Source: Octopus bimaculoides (Eukaryota). Taken from it: a stretch of 35,041 bases of DNA. The DNA is taken from positions 173,298,463 through 173,333,503 of the forward strand of contig NC_068981.1 of NCBI RefSeq assembly GCF_001194135.2. Direction: 5' to 3'. This document shows positions 1 through 11,425 of the stretch, piece by piece. Below the pieces are notes generated by a model. That model was not told where the DNA came from, did not search any database, and saw only the letters and a list, made by a program, of their open reading frames with translations. Each line of letters opens with the position of its first letter. The stretch's first letter is position 1. Position numbers and translations under genes: made by a program.

Positions 1-209
1 GGCCGTTTTCGTGCGGGTGACACGTAAAAACACCCACTACACTCTCTGAGTGGTTGGCGTTAGGAAGGGCATCCAGCTGTAGAAACTCTGCCAAATCAGA
101 CTGGAGCCTGGTGTTGCCATCCGGTTTCACCAGTCCTCAGTCAAATCGTCCAACCCATGCTAGCATGGAAAGCGGACGTTAAACGATGATGATGATGATG
201 ATGATGATG
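1..209 (+). mobile_element. 3' end of a (GAT)n-tailed LINE (RTE-like), young subfamily; cut by the window edge
   Basis: Nearly identical to 22017-22224 and to the reverse complement of 34758-34957; ends ...gacgttaaac(gat)n. Confidence 0.85.
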
Positions 210-534
210 TATCCCTTTAGGTTCTGAAATCAACTCTCTGTGTAGTGAAACTTTATCTTTATACTTTCAAAGGCAATAAAATAAATACCGGTTTATTGGT
301 ATTTTGATTTCAGTACTATTGGAATCAAATCAAATTATTGCCTGGTTTGATTCTAGTACTATTGATATAAACACCACTTTTTTATTATAGAAAATTCATT
401 AGAAAACCAGATAAAATGCTTCTGTTCTGGCTCTTTACATTGAATTCAAAACCAGCTGAGGTCAACTTTGTATTTTATCCTGTCAGGATTGATAAAATAA
501 TGTACCTATCAAGAATGAGATATATGTTTATAAG

Positions 535-760
535 ACTGGAAAACAAAAAAAGTTGTTCAAAGAACAGCTGAAGACCACTTTGAAGAGTGGTATCACCAAC
601 TCTTCAAGATTGAAAGACAACACTTCCAGCTTTTCAGTTTGTGTTCTCATAGTTGGAGAGGGATTGAAGATATGGCGGTGAAACACACTCAGTGGTATAC
701 CATGGATTTTGGCTGCACTGTTGTTTCTCAATTGATCACTCCACTTTAACTACAAACAGT
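535..760 (+). mobile_element. Decayed RTE-type LINE ORF2 C-terminal fragment
   Basis: The + frame GKQKKLFKEQLKTTLKSG resembles the RTE C-terminal GQKKRFKDTLKASLK motif; stops follow. Confidence 0.45.
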
Positions 761-1015
761 ACATGTATATAAAGTGGCTATCCTGTATGGTCTATACAAA
801 CTGCACACCCAACACTGTGCTATTCAACACACTGTGCTATAACAGAGGAAGTGAGAAAAGAGGCATGCATGAAGATTAATACCTAGCTTCTCCTATTAAG
901 CATCCACATTCCTTGTCTGCAACCACAGCTGCATAATGAAGATTAGGGTATACAGTCATCAAAGGATCTTCAATTTTAAAAAATAATTATCACTGAATTT
1001 GATGAACAACCATAA

Positions 1016-1332
1016 AAACGATAAAAAAACGTCGCCCTTTCAAAGCCTAGCCAGGCTCATGGGCCCAGTTTCCCGGTTTCTATGGCGTATGTGTTCCCCC
1101 CAGCTGAACGAGACGCCAGTCCATCGCAGCGTTACTCAAAAAACAGGAAGAAAGAGTGAGAGAAAGTTGGGGCGAAAGAGTACAACAAGGGTCGCCACCA
1201 CCCCCTGCCGGAGCCACGTGAAGCTTCGGTGTTTTTGCTCAATAAACACTCAAAACGCCCGGTCTGGGAATTGAAACCGCGATCCTCTGACCGCGAGTCC
1301 ACTGCCCTAACCACTGGGTCATTGCGCCTCCC
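1016..1332 (-). mobile_element. Full-length tRNA-derived SINE with 13-bp TSD
   Basis: A-box TGACCCAGTGG (c1311-1321); B-box-like GGTTTCAATTCC (c1267-1278); central GCGATGGACTGGCG segment resembling Meta/V-domain SINEs; TSD tgaacaaccataa at 1003-1015 and 1333-1345. Confidence 0.9.
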
Positions 1333-1454
1333 TGAACAACCATAAGCATTGATAAAATAGGTACTTGTAAATTTATAGAAGTGGTTCAACGCATTTGCTC
1401 TTGTTCTCTTTTCTGTAAAAGGTTACCTTATGTCTAGACAATAGAAATTGCTTT

Positions 1455-2400
1455 CATGAAAACCACCACTGCCACTGCTGTCACAATCACCATCAACTTT
1501 ACCACTGTTAAAAATGCTACCACAATTATTAACAGCATTGCCAATATCTAACCAACAGGGGACACTTAACCTAATTGAAATAGCAGCCAAGTCACACCTT
1601 AAAAAGGAATGACACATTGGATAATGTGACCCTAGATATACTTTATAGCTTAATAAAACGATGGCTGAGATGTTTTTGGTAAGTTTGTACAAGACTAACC
1701 AAGAGTTATACAACAAAAACAACAACAGTGGCAGTGGCAGCAGCAACAGCAGCAGCAGTGGCAGCAGTGGCAGCAGCTGCCCGACTTTGCTACCATCACT
1801 GCTATTGTCTGTATTGCTGTTAGCTCTACTGCTACTGATTGTATCATTATTGCTATTGTGATTGCTATTGCTGTTGTAACTACTGCTATGTCTATGTCTT
1901 GTGCTCTGCTACTATTGCAATATCATGTCTGATACTACTACTACTACTACTACTACTACTACAGCTGCTGCTGAAATTGTAACATTGTTGATGTGACTGT
2001 CACCACCAGTCTTGCTATCATATCACACACACACACAGGTCACAGCTGGTTGCTACCACCATAATCACCATAAACCACCACAATCTCTACTATCACCAAT
2101 ACTGTTGTTGCTATTAAAACATTTACTCCTCACCCTCTCTACACGTCCCACTGTTGCCTCTATCACTGCTCCAGCCATCAAAACTACCACCACCACTATT
2201 GCTTCTATCAATACTACCACTAACAGTAAAACCACTGACCATTCCCCCAACCAAGTGTACTGCTACTGCTGCTACTGCTACCACCACCACCACCACCACT
2301 GCTACTACTAGCACCACCACTGTTAAAACCAATACCACCATTACTGCCGCTATTGTTGCTATGCTGCTGTTGCTATAGTTACAAGCTCCACATCCATTCT
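1455..2400. repeat. Decayed trinucleotide low-complexity tract (CAC/CTA/CAG/CTG)
   Basis: Runs of cac, cta, cag and ctg; source of the poly-S/T/V/L pseudo-ORFs. Confidence 0.85.
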
Positions 2401-2939
2401 GCTGCAAAATCCCTTTCCCATAACCTATTTTTAATGACCCTAAATGAAATGCTTCCAAAAGGTAAGCAAAAACAGACGAAATAATAATAAATTTCTGTGT
2501 AAAAGTTCTGAGTTAGATGTCACTCAAACATGATTATATATTCTTTTGAATTGGCAGTGCTAATAAACAGTGGGAGTTAATAAATTTACCTGTAAATTAT
2601 AAAAGAATTGCTTTCTCACTCTCTCGTCCCCTTTCTTTGTACTTTCTTTCTCTCTATAAATGCATGCATACAAGCATACATACATACATATTGTACACAC
2701 ACACCTGGATGGAAATGTTCAGTATACTACAAAAAGACTATGCATGGGTGTATTTCCTGAAGACATGAAGAAGACAGTAATATTGACTTGAAGCATAGCT
2801 TCTCTTGGACTTGTGACTGCTACATCACATCACATTTTGAAGGTTATTCATTTGCACTCCAGGAACAGGAGATTGTTGCGAAATACCTAATAATATCTAC
2901 CTACCTACCTATATACCTACCTGCCTGCCATGTAACCTA

Positions 2940-3141
2940 TGGTGGCATCATGTAAAAAAGCACCCAGTACACTCTGTAAAGTGGTTGGTGCTATGAAGGG
3001 AATCCAGCCATAGAAACCATGTCAAAACAGACAATTGGAGCCTGGTCCAGCTCTCTGGCTTGCTAGCTTTTATCAAACCATCCAACCTATGCCAGCATGG
3101 GAAACACGTTGGGTAATGGTGGTGGTGGTGATGATGATGAT
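2940..3141 (+). mobile_element. Old diverged copy of the (GAT)n-tailed LINE 3' end
   Basis: aaagcaccc...gaagggaatccagc...catccaacctatgccagcatgg...gatgat. Confidence 0.75.
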
Positions 3142-3570
3142 ATGGGTGTTTGTGTGTTTATGTATGTGTGTTTGATGTCACTACATGTTATCTTGATCAA
3201 ATACATGGTACTATAGTCCTAAGTTTACTCGCCTTGCTAATGCAATTCAGTTAACAAAAACTATATAGCAGTGCATAGCATATATTTATGTATATGTATT
3301 TCTATGCAAACCTCATTTCCTGCATCTGTGTTTATGGACATGGTTGAAGACACCAAAATAATAACATAACACCAATAACTAATTTCCTACACTAAATATA
3401 ACCAATTTACACAGAAGCTATCTATCTAGATTCAGCCAGCTAATATCACCTGTTTAACTAGAGCAATCCTCCTCCTCCCCCTCCTCCTCCTCCCACCTAA
3501 TCTCTTCTTTGTTTTCCCTTCTTTTTTCCTCCTCCCTATTCTGTCCTCCTTTATATATGTTTGTATACAC

Positions 3571-3571
<1 letters not shown>

Positions 3572-3601
<30 letters not shown>

Positions 3602-3722
3602 AGAGGAGGGGAGTAAAAGAAATTGGGCCAACAGGTTTTGGGATCTGAAGATACGCCATACAGCTAAACCCTTTATGAATGGGAAACCTAAGGTAATCCC
3701 ATAAACCGGCCTTCCACATTTT

Positions 3723-3821
<99 letters not shown>

Positions 3822-3995
3822 TATATATATATATATATACATACATATATATACCAAACTGTCCGACAAATGGGAACATGAAACTCTGAGTAGCAGTTTT
3901 TGTGATATTTTGTGATGATTTTGCAGCTTGAATAATAGAGTATATATATGTATATATACATACATATATACATAAACATACATATTCATATATAT
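3572..3995. repeat. Compound (TA)n/(CA)n microsatellite cluster
   Basis: (TA)n at about 3575-3601; (CA)n at 3726-3758 followed by a long (TA)n to about 3850; TA/CA-rich to about 3995. Confidence 0.95.
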
Positions 3996-4460
3996 ATGGT
4001 TCAAATGCACAGAAAACAAAAGACAGAGACAGGTGAGAGAACAACAAGCAGGTGTATTGGTTTGATGCTTGGGAAAAATGGAAGAGCATATTTAGCCTGG
4101 ATTTTATCCATTCTACTCCTTCAATTTGGATTTTTATTTACATTCATTACAACTCTAGTTGCCAACCATGAGCTATACAGAAACTTTAGCTTATCAAATT
4201 TCCTCATAACTTTGATATGGGAAAAAGTGTGTAACCTTTGATGCCAATAAATTGTTATTGTTTCTGACTGTACACTTTCCACTTTTTATTTCCTATACCT
4301 GGCACAGCTTGCTTGAAGCTTACAAGCTTCCTACACTTGGATCCCTGGGTCTTACTTTTATATATTGATATAATATATATGTGTAATGGTAACACACTTA
4401 TTGCAAAAGCAAAGCGCTGTGGGTTTGAGTCCCATGTGTATGAGAACCTTATTTTTTTTG

Positions 4461-4650
4461 GCACAGGAGTGACTGTGTGGTAAGAATCTTACTTGCCAAC
4501 CACATGGTTCCAAGTTCAGTCCCACTGCGTGGTACCTTGAGCAAGTGTCTTCTACTATAGCCTCAGGCTGAACTAAGTCTTGTGAGTGGATTTGGTTGAC
4601 AGAAACTAAAAAGAAGTCTGTCGTATATATGTGTATGTATATCTATGTGT
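4461..4650 (+). mobile_element. tRNA-derived SINE with CORE-like domain (further copies at about c7105-7262, 23960-24130, 27368-27480, c32165-32300)
   Basis: tgtgtggtaagaa...gttcagtcccactg...accttgagcaagtgtcttctactatagcc recurs five times in the window, often ending in a TA/TG tail. Confidence 0.75.
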
Positions 4651-5084
4651 GCCCGTCAATTCAGAAAGATATTTATGTAAATATATATTAAGACACATAT
4701 TAAGAACATAAAATTTTAAATTCAATTTACGGGAATTTATTGAATGAACAACAAGTTAATGGGACATGGGGTTTAGGTATGGGTGTGAGTGAAGTATAGG
4801 TATTGAATGTATGGGTATGGATGTGTGGATATATGTTGGGTAGGGAGTTTGGAATGGGGTATTGGATAATTAATACCAGGAGACATATACAATGAATGTG
4901 TCCTAGTCCATTACATCACACAAGGGTAGAGGGCTGCGAAGTGGCCTGGTTGTGGGGCTGAAGGCGTCAAAGGTGCCCTCAGCAGGAGCAAGTATGAATG
5001 CCACCCAAAGAGTGGCTTCAAGGCTAGTTTATAAATAAAAGCATGTAAATATTGGGTTAATATTTATGTATAGCTTTTTGTAAG

Positions 5085-5300
5085 GTAGTGAGTTGGCAGA
5101 ACCATTAGCACACCAGGCAAAATGCTTAGTGGCATTTTGTCCATCTGCGTGTTTGAGTTTAAATTCCACCGAGGTTGACTTTGCCTTTCATCCTTTCAAG
5201 GTTGATAAAATAAGAACTAGTCAAGCACTGGGGTCGTGTAACTAACTTAGCCCCTTCTTCGAAACTGCTGTCCATGTGCCAAAATATGAAACCAAGATTT
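5085..5300 (+). mobile_element. tRNA-derived SINE with Nin/Deu-like domain
   Basis: gagttggcagaacc...gagtttaaattccaccgaggttgactttgcctttcatcctttc...gataaaataag. Confidence 0.8.
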
Positions 5301-5349
5301 ATTTATAGCTTCACGTGCTTTGAGACCCACTATTCCAAAAAGGAATTGA

Positions 5350-5462
5350 CCTCTTAAGCAACCCTTTCCATCCATGTGTGTCCTCCTACTCCGCTTAATC
5401 CACTCAGAATGGATTAAGCAGAGCAGGAGGACACACATGGATGGAAAGGGTTGCTGAAGAGG
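5350..5462. repeat. Inverted repeat: 53-bp arms, 7-nt loop, 3 mismatches
   Basis: 5350-5402 is the reverse complement of 5410-5462 except at pairs 5356/5456, 5388/5424 and 5392/5420. Confidence 0.97.
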
Positions 5463-5734
5463 CCACAGATGTATGATGAAAGATTTCTAGACAATGTATA
5501 TAAGATAGAATTATTTTACGTTCTCTCAAGACTCTGTAAATTCGTGTGTGTGTGTGTGTGTAAATATACAAGTATCTTCAAATCAATTTCTGTAAAACAA
5601 CCAGTTTGTCTTACTACTGTTTACATCATATCTATTACATTGTGTTGTGCCATCAATTTCATCCTCATCCATTGATAGAACATCTTCCAGAAGGATTTAT
5701 TTCTTCTATAAACAAATTTAATTCCTTCTCTTAG

Positions 5735-5802
5735 AACAACAGGACCAACTTCATTACATGGACATGAAGGCTCCATTAGCTGTTGTGTGTTTGGTCTAGA
5801 GG
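5735..5802 (+). CDS. WDR88: WDR88-like exon, 68 nt (TTGPTSLHGHEGSISCCVFGLEG)
   Basis: Acceptor ttccttctcttag, donor gtaagt; GHEGSIS is the start of a WD40 repeat. Confidence 0.88.
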
Positions 5803-5859
5803 GTAAGTTGATTTTTACTTTGAATTTCAGTCAAAACAAGTTTTAGTTTGTATTAATTT

Positions 5860-6190
5860 GGCTGTCTACCTGGACACTTCTTTGATTTCTTACAAGCACA
5901 CCATCCATCATAGTCTCCCATATAAGTTCTTAATTCGTCAACATTTGCCATTCCACTGTTTTGAAGCAAGTTGTCCACATAGGTTAGATGTTTTCTGCTG
6001 TTTCTTCTTCTTTCAACTGACCAATTGATGCACAGGTTCTTCTGGGTACCTGACGCAATGATCAGCAATTCTCATTCTTCTCTACTGAATCTTCTTGGTC
6101 ACCATGGGCAGACCTTGATAAAGCTGGTTGCTAGTTAAATGAGCTCTCCATGTAACATTCAGAGCCATTCTTAACATTCTTGTGTAGCAG
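5860..6190 (-). mobile_element. Decayed RTE-clade LINE ORF2 C-terminus
   Basis: Minus frames read RMLRMALNVTWRAHLTSNQLYQGLPMVTKKIQ*RRMRIADHCVRYPEE, then RKHLTYVDNLLQNSGMANVDELRTYMGDYDGW; contains stops and a frameshift. Confidence 0.8.
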
Positions 6191-6209
6191 CCATCTATTT
6201 GTCAAAATA

Positions 6210-6278
6210 AAGTTGATGTCTAACAATGAATCAACCAAATATCAAATGTGGTTGATTCATTGTCAAGACATACAACTT
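6210..6278. repeat. 69-nt hairpin (about 27-bp stem, 11-nt loop)
   Basis: ACAATGAATCAACCA (6223-6237) pairs perfectly with TGGTTGATTCATTGT (6249-6263); extended by AAGTTG-ATGTCT / AGACAT-a-CAACTT. Confidence 0.9.
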
Positions 6279-7419
6279 GATTCAGTTGATAAGCCAAACC
6301 TTTTATCATTGTACTATAACTGAACTGATCATACTGTGTAACAAAATTTTAATTGTTTTGTCTTTAGTCAGTATTTCCTATTTGCTTCTATCTAGAAATC
6401 AAAGGAAATGACTACTATTCCCTTCAAACTTTGCTTTTGTAGCCTGGACATCAATGTTTTGAAACTGACCTATTTTCCATTACACTTCAGACAGATTCAA
6501 TGCTGAGTTGCTGAAGCAAAAATATTATTATAGCAAATATTCTGCTCAGCACTACAGATTTACTTGTCAGTTGCTTGACCTTAACCACTTGAGCATGTCC
6601 CTTAGTGACTGACAATATGTGCATCTCTGATGATGAGCAGGAGTAGTCGGGGAGCATCATAGCCATATGTCGAGAAGGATTCTTTGGGATTTGAATAAAT
6701 ATCACAACAAAAGTAAAGTTTAAAGGAAATATTAGCCATTTTTCATACTTTGTAGGAGTAAGCAAATAGGACATAAGTTGTTACCCAAGGAGAAAAATTG
6801 TGTTACACAGCATTATTGTTTGTAAAACTACTGCTGCTGCTCTTTTTCCCATTACTTCTGCTGTGAATCCTTTGTAAACTTCTTTCCAGTTTCTGTCTCC
6901 CAAATTCACATATAAAGCTTTGGTCAATCTAGGGCTATAGTAGGAGAGACTAGCCACTTTACTGTGACTGAACCTGAAACCACGCAAACTGCAAAGCTAA
7001 CTTGTTAACTACACAACCATGACTACATCTCCACAACCATGTCTGCACTTATATATGCATACATTAGTTATTAATGATAGGAAGCACAAGCACTTAGACA
7101 CACATGTACGCACACGACAATAGCTTCCGCCTACCAAATTCAGTCAAAAAGTTTCAGTCAGTCCAAAGTTATAACAGAAGACACTTGCCATGCAGTGGGA
7201 CTGAACCTGAAACCATGTAGCAGGGAAGCAAGTTTCCTAATCACACAGCCATGCCTGCACCTACAATCTAACCCATGTCAGCATGGGAGGAGGATTTTAA
7301 ATGATGATGATGATGATGATTAGTTATTAATGGTAGTCTCTCGAATTTGAGAAAGACAGTTCTGCAACTTCTTGCTGAACATCTTGCACAGATGATTTGT
7401 TTATAGGGATTGAATGTGA

Positions 7420-7590
7420 CAGAGCCACATGAAAAGCACCCAATACACTTTGTGGAGTGGTTGGCACTAGGAAGGGCATCCAGCTGCAGAAACCAAGTCA
7501 AAACAGACTATGGAGCCTGGTGTGGCCCCTAGCCTTGCCAGTTCCTGTCAAGCCATCCAACCAATGCCAGTATGGTTGATGATGATGATG
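7420..7590 (+). mobile_element. Diverged copy of the (GAT)n-tailed LINE 3' end (another fragment at about 7815-7930)
   Basis: aaagcaccc...taggaagggcatccagctg...ccatccaaccaatgccag...gatgatgat. Confidence 0.75.
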
Positions 7591-7723
7591 TTAGCTTACT
7601 CCCTCTATCAAATCAACATTGCCTGTACAAGTGCATGTTGTTTCACACATCAGATGTCAAAGTGACCACAGTAACATGAGATGAAGTGTTTTGCTCAAGA
7701 ACATAAGGCACAGGCGATCTAGC

Positions 7724-7724
<1 letters not shown>

Positions 7725-7765
<41 letters not shown>

Positions 7766-7775
7766 NNNNNNNNNN

Positions 7776-7812
<37 letters not shown>
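7725..7812. repeat. (CA)n microsatellite interrupted by a 10-N assembly gap
   Basis: CA repeats on both sides of the N run at 7766-7775. Confidence 0.95.
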
Positions 7813-7818
<6 letters not shown>

Positions 7819-8335
7819 CCATACATGCCAAGGCAGACAGCAAGGATTGGTGCAGACTTTTGACTTGCCATTTCCTGTGGAACAATCCAACCCATCCGGT
7901 ATGGAAAGCAAATGTTAAATGGGGATGATAACAGTGATTATGAAATGCATACAAATGTATATATATGTGTCAAGTTCCAGGTTACATGATTCTGTGGCTT
8001 GATTTCAATACTTTCCTGTTATGATTTCATGTCACTTGTATTGTTAGTGCTATTGGATAGGTTTTTAGCATAACTTCCCCCATCAGCAATTGTTTGCTTT
8101 GAGTAGTATATTTGTATTGAGAATCCTTGTATGTACATATTTGGAGTATGTTTTGGCAGAGCCATTTTGATGTCACTTGTTTGACATTGCTGATTCAACA
8201 TGGACTTATTTGGCATCAGATGTTTTAATATTTCTGTGTGTGTGTTTGCCTCCAGTTCCAAAAAGTACTATTGCCAAAACAGGCTGAATACCAAAGTGTC
8301 AGCATCCAAACAACTGTAGCCTGTTATCCCATTCT

Positions 8336-8566
8336 TATTTCTTTATTGCCCACAAGGGGCTAAACATAGAGGGGAAAAACAAGGACAGACAAAGGGATTA
8401 AGTCGATTACATCAATCCCAGTGAGTAACTGGTACTTAATTTATCGACCCCGAAAGGATGAAAGGCAGAGTCAACCTCGGCGGAATTTGAACTCAGAACG
8501 TAATGGCAGACGAAATACCACTAAGCATTTCGCCCGGCATGCTAACATTTCTGCCAGCTCACCGCC
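8336..8566 (-). mobile_element. Full-length Nin-domain SINE with 12-bp TSD
   Basis: Head GGCGGTGAGCTGGCAG, GAGTTCAAATTCC B-box, Nin-like cctttcatcctttcggggtcgataaattaagtaccag; TSD ttatcccattct at 8324-8335 and 8567-8578. Confidence 0.9.
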
Positions 8567-8912
8567 TTATCCCATTCTGACATGTGTGTATGTACATGAC
8601 AGCATATGGCATGTATTCAAGCTATAGCCTATGCTAAGGTTTTCTGCTAAAAAGAGATTCCTTTCACTGATACTTGAAAAGTGTAATGAAGAATGTCTTA
8701 TTCTCAATTCTTAGAATAAAAAAATGGAAAAATATAAGAAAAAAGCCTAGTTTTACAAGAGACAACTTCTACAAATTTGTTTGTTTGTTTTTTTAACCAT
8801 CATTAGTATTTCAAAACAACTTTGCATTCTATCATGTTTATTTTCTTATCAGTGATTTTTGTAACTGAATCTTGTTCCAACAACCTCTGCTACTAGATTT
8901 TGTCTTTTACAG

Positions 8913-8995
8913 GAAAATGGCTTGTGACAGGGGGTTATGACAATTTAATCATCTTGTGGGATCTTACTGAAAATAGGGAGCAATATAGATTAACT
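8913..8995 (+). CDS. WDR88: WDR88-like exon, 83 nt (KWLVTGGYDNLIILWDLTENREQYRLT)
   Basis: Acceptor tgtcttttacag, donor gtaagt; TGGYD...LWD WD40 motif; phase-compatible with both neighbours. Confidence 0.9.
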
Positions 8996-9238
8996 GTAAG
9001 TAGTTTTAAATTTATTATTCTCTTCGTGTATTTGTGTGTGTGTGTGTGTGTGTGTACAGCTAATTGAAAAATACATTTATGATGATATTGATGATAATTA
9101 TGGGGGGGGGGGGGATGATATTGATTGGAATGTTAGTATTGTTGCTGTTCTTGTTGTATAGTCCTAAATCATTTCTGATTGATTATCACAGGTAGACAAC
9201 TGAAAGACTAGGCCCTCTGGTTTATTATTCTAGATGTA

Positions 9239-9379
9239 AAGGGCATCCAGCTGTAGAAACTCTGCCAGATCAGATTGGAGCCTGGTGTAACCACCTGGTT
9301 CACCAGTCCTCAGTCAAATCGTCCAACCCATGCTAGCATGGAAAGCGGACGTTAAACGATGATGATAATGATGATGATG
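9239..9379 (+). mobile_element. Short 5'-truncated (GAT)n-tailed LINE 3' end
   Basis: aagggcatccagctgtagaaactctgcc...gacgttaaacgatgat; high identity to 13755-13890 in reverse orientation. Confidence 0.85.
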
Positions 9380-9489
9380 TAGCATGCCTCCAACAAACTA
9401 AAGAGCAGGGCTTGGTTAGCCTCCAACCAACTGAGCAGTAATTAATTTTATGGGATGCATTGTGACACTTTGGACATGTATCCATTCTC

Positions 9490-9720
9490 TTAATGTCCTG
9501 TGGTAGTGGTAGTGATAATGCTTATGATAGAAGTATTGGTAGTGTTGACTGGGAAGATAATCATAATGACAGCCATGACTAGAGGCATAGTAGAGATGAT
9601 TGGTTATATTAATAGTAGTGGAAGAAGTATAGTAAAGATAATGTTGGTGGTGGTGACAGCAATGATGAGTGTAGTTATGTTGATAGTTGTTGTAGTGATA
9701 GCTGAAGTAGTGGTATAATG

Positions 9721-9776
<56 letters not shown>

Positions 9777-9870
9777 ACTAGGTGGGTGCGGTAATGTTAG
9801 TGATTGTAGTTATAGTAGGAGTGGTATGATAATCATGATGATGAGTTTAATGCTATTTTTATTTTATTTA
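9490..9870. repeat. Low-complexity GTA/GTG/ATG tract including a pure (ATA)n run at about 9716-9773
   Basis: Direct reading; source of the poly-V and poly-I pseudo-ORFs. Confidence 0.9.
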
Positions 9871-10019
9871 ATTACTTTTTGTTGGTTTGGTCAGGGAGAT
9901 GGAACTGTAGCTATGACCTTTGCAAAGTAGTATTTGCAGTATATTTCAGGTTTTTAGTTGCATGTTGTTTGTATTTAGGGTTGAGGTATGATATTGTTTT
10001 CTTGATATGTACTGCGAGG

Positions 10020-11300
10020 GATTATCTTGTGTTGTTGAAAGAGACAAGTTCAACATGACCCCAGTGTAAAGTGTTTTCAAGGTCTCTGTTTATGGAACCT
10101 TTGTAGATTTGGTGTAAAGTGTCAAGGTTACGTGTGGATAACACTTGAAGGCAGTAAGTTAGGGAGAAATAAAGGGTGTTGTTAGTCGTAATGGAAAGTA
10201 GGTTTTGATGCATTTAAGGAAGAATGTGAAGGACAAAATCCAACCATTGGGCATACCAAAGTTGATGGAGTATGAGTCAGAGAGAACTCCATGAGCACAC
10301 ACTGCAATAGTGTAACTTGAGAGGAAGCCGAAGAGACAAGAGACAGATAGAATCTTTAAGAAGGTAATCTTCCCTCAAGATTTGGATGTTAGACATAATC
10401 AAATTCCTTGCTAATGTCTAGGGCCAGAACATTGTTTTCACCAAATTTATTGGGGCGGAGAGCTCACTGGTGAGTGACATAAGAAAGCGTGACCCTAGTA
10501 GATCTGGTTTTATGACTCCATTGTCTTTGAGATGTTCAAAGTGAGAACAATAGATTGATAGTTGGCAGGGCTTGTTTTCAAAATAGGAATAGATCCCTGG
10601 AAAGAGATGGAAAGCTTGAAGAAATCGTTGGGGATAGTATCTAGCTCTGGGCCACTTTGAGAGTAATGGAAGGACTTTGTCAGGAATGGTGACCTTTTGG
10701 TTTGAATTGATCAGAGACCCTTTTGCACTTGTTGTTTATATGCAAATATTGATTAGCTTCATATAGATCAGATCAGTAAAATCCTGCTACTAGTACCATG
10801 TAATTCAGCACTCCATTTCATGGCAGGGTGGTGGGTGACTAAACTGACTCCTCTTCCTGGCTTGCCAAGTGAGAAGAGTATTGTAGAAAGCTAGCAGGAC
10901 TAAAGACCTGTGAAAGGATGGATGAGCTCATTGTGAGCCAATGGCCATCCATACAAGCGGTGTCTTGTAAAAATATCTTGCATGTGGGCTGGAAAACTGT
11001 GCAGCTGGCCCAAGCCCATAGCGATGAAAACTCCAGTAAAAGACACAGCTGGAGAGAGATGGTTCTAGAGATGTATCTAATGTGAAGTTGGTTGTAAAGC
11101 TGGCAGCAAATGTGGAAGCTTTGTTTGTGAGAATATTGCATTTTGGTTAATCAGTGGAAGGCTGATTCTTTAAAGCTGATAAGATCCTTTTGATGGGGGT
11201 GGGGGTGGGGATAATAATTAGCTCATATCTGCCAATTGACTTGAAGTGCTACAGTGTCCTGAAGGTGAGGGCTGTTGCATAGTGGTAATGGTGGTTCTAA
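10020..11300 (-). mobile_element. Decayed CR1/L2-group LINE reverse transcriptase, antisense within a WDR88 intron
   Basis: Minus-strand RT motifs SPANYQSIVLTLNISKTMES (about 10510-10580), GENNVLALDISKEFDYV (about 10390-10442), SINFGMPNGWILS (about 10235-10275) and DLENTLHWGHVELVSFN. Many stops. The 5' boundary is approximate. Confidence 0.8.
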
Positions 11301-11356
11301 TTTAATCTTTAAAATTTTGAGTGGCAATAATCTATGAAAACCCTTTTATCTTTCAG

Positions 11357-11425
11357 GAACATATTAATTGGGTTCATAGTGTTGATATTGGTAAATCCCA
11401 GCGTTCTATACTTTCCTGTTCTCGG
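11357..11425 (+). CDS. WDR88: WDR88-like exon, 69 nt (EHINWVHSVDIGKSQRSILSCSR)
   Basis: Acceptor ttttatctttcag, donor gtaaga; phase 0-0. Confidence 0.88.

Noticed and set aside
580-607. Small hairpin TTGAAGAGT...ACTCTTCAA
   Set aside because: Only a 9-12-bp stem inside a decayed RTE fragment; consistent with chance
1260-1332. tRNA gene
   Set aside because: It is the tRNA-derived head of a SINE, continuous with a non-tRNA body and bounded by TSDs
1423-2458. Overlapping ORFs rich in poly-S/T/V/L/H
   Set aside because: They arise from a decayed trinucleotide tract that is open in several frames on both strands, with no domain signal
3635-3692. Possible upstream WDR88 exon (FWDLK... followed by gtaatc)
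   Set aside because: Poor acceptor, ends in phase 0 whereas the next exon needs phase 2, and no similarity to the expected WD repeat
3432-4241. Long ORFs up to 195 aa (YIYI/CVCV)
   Set aside because: Products of (TA)n/(CA)n microsatellites
7643-7954. CVCV/HTHT ORFs
   Set aside because: (CA)n microsatellite spanning an assembly gap
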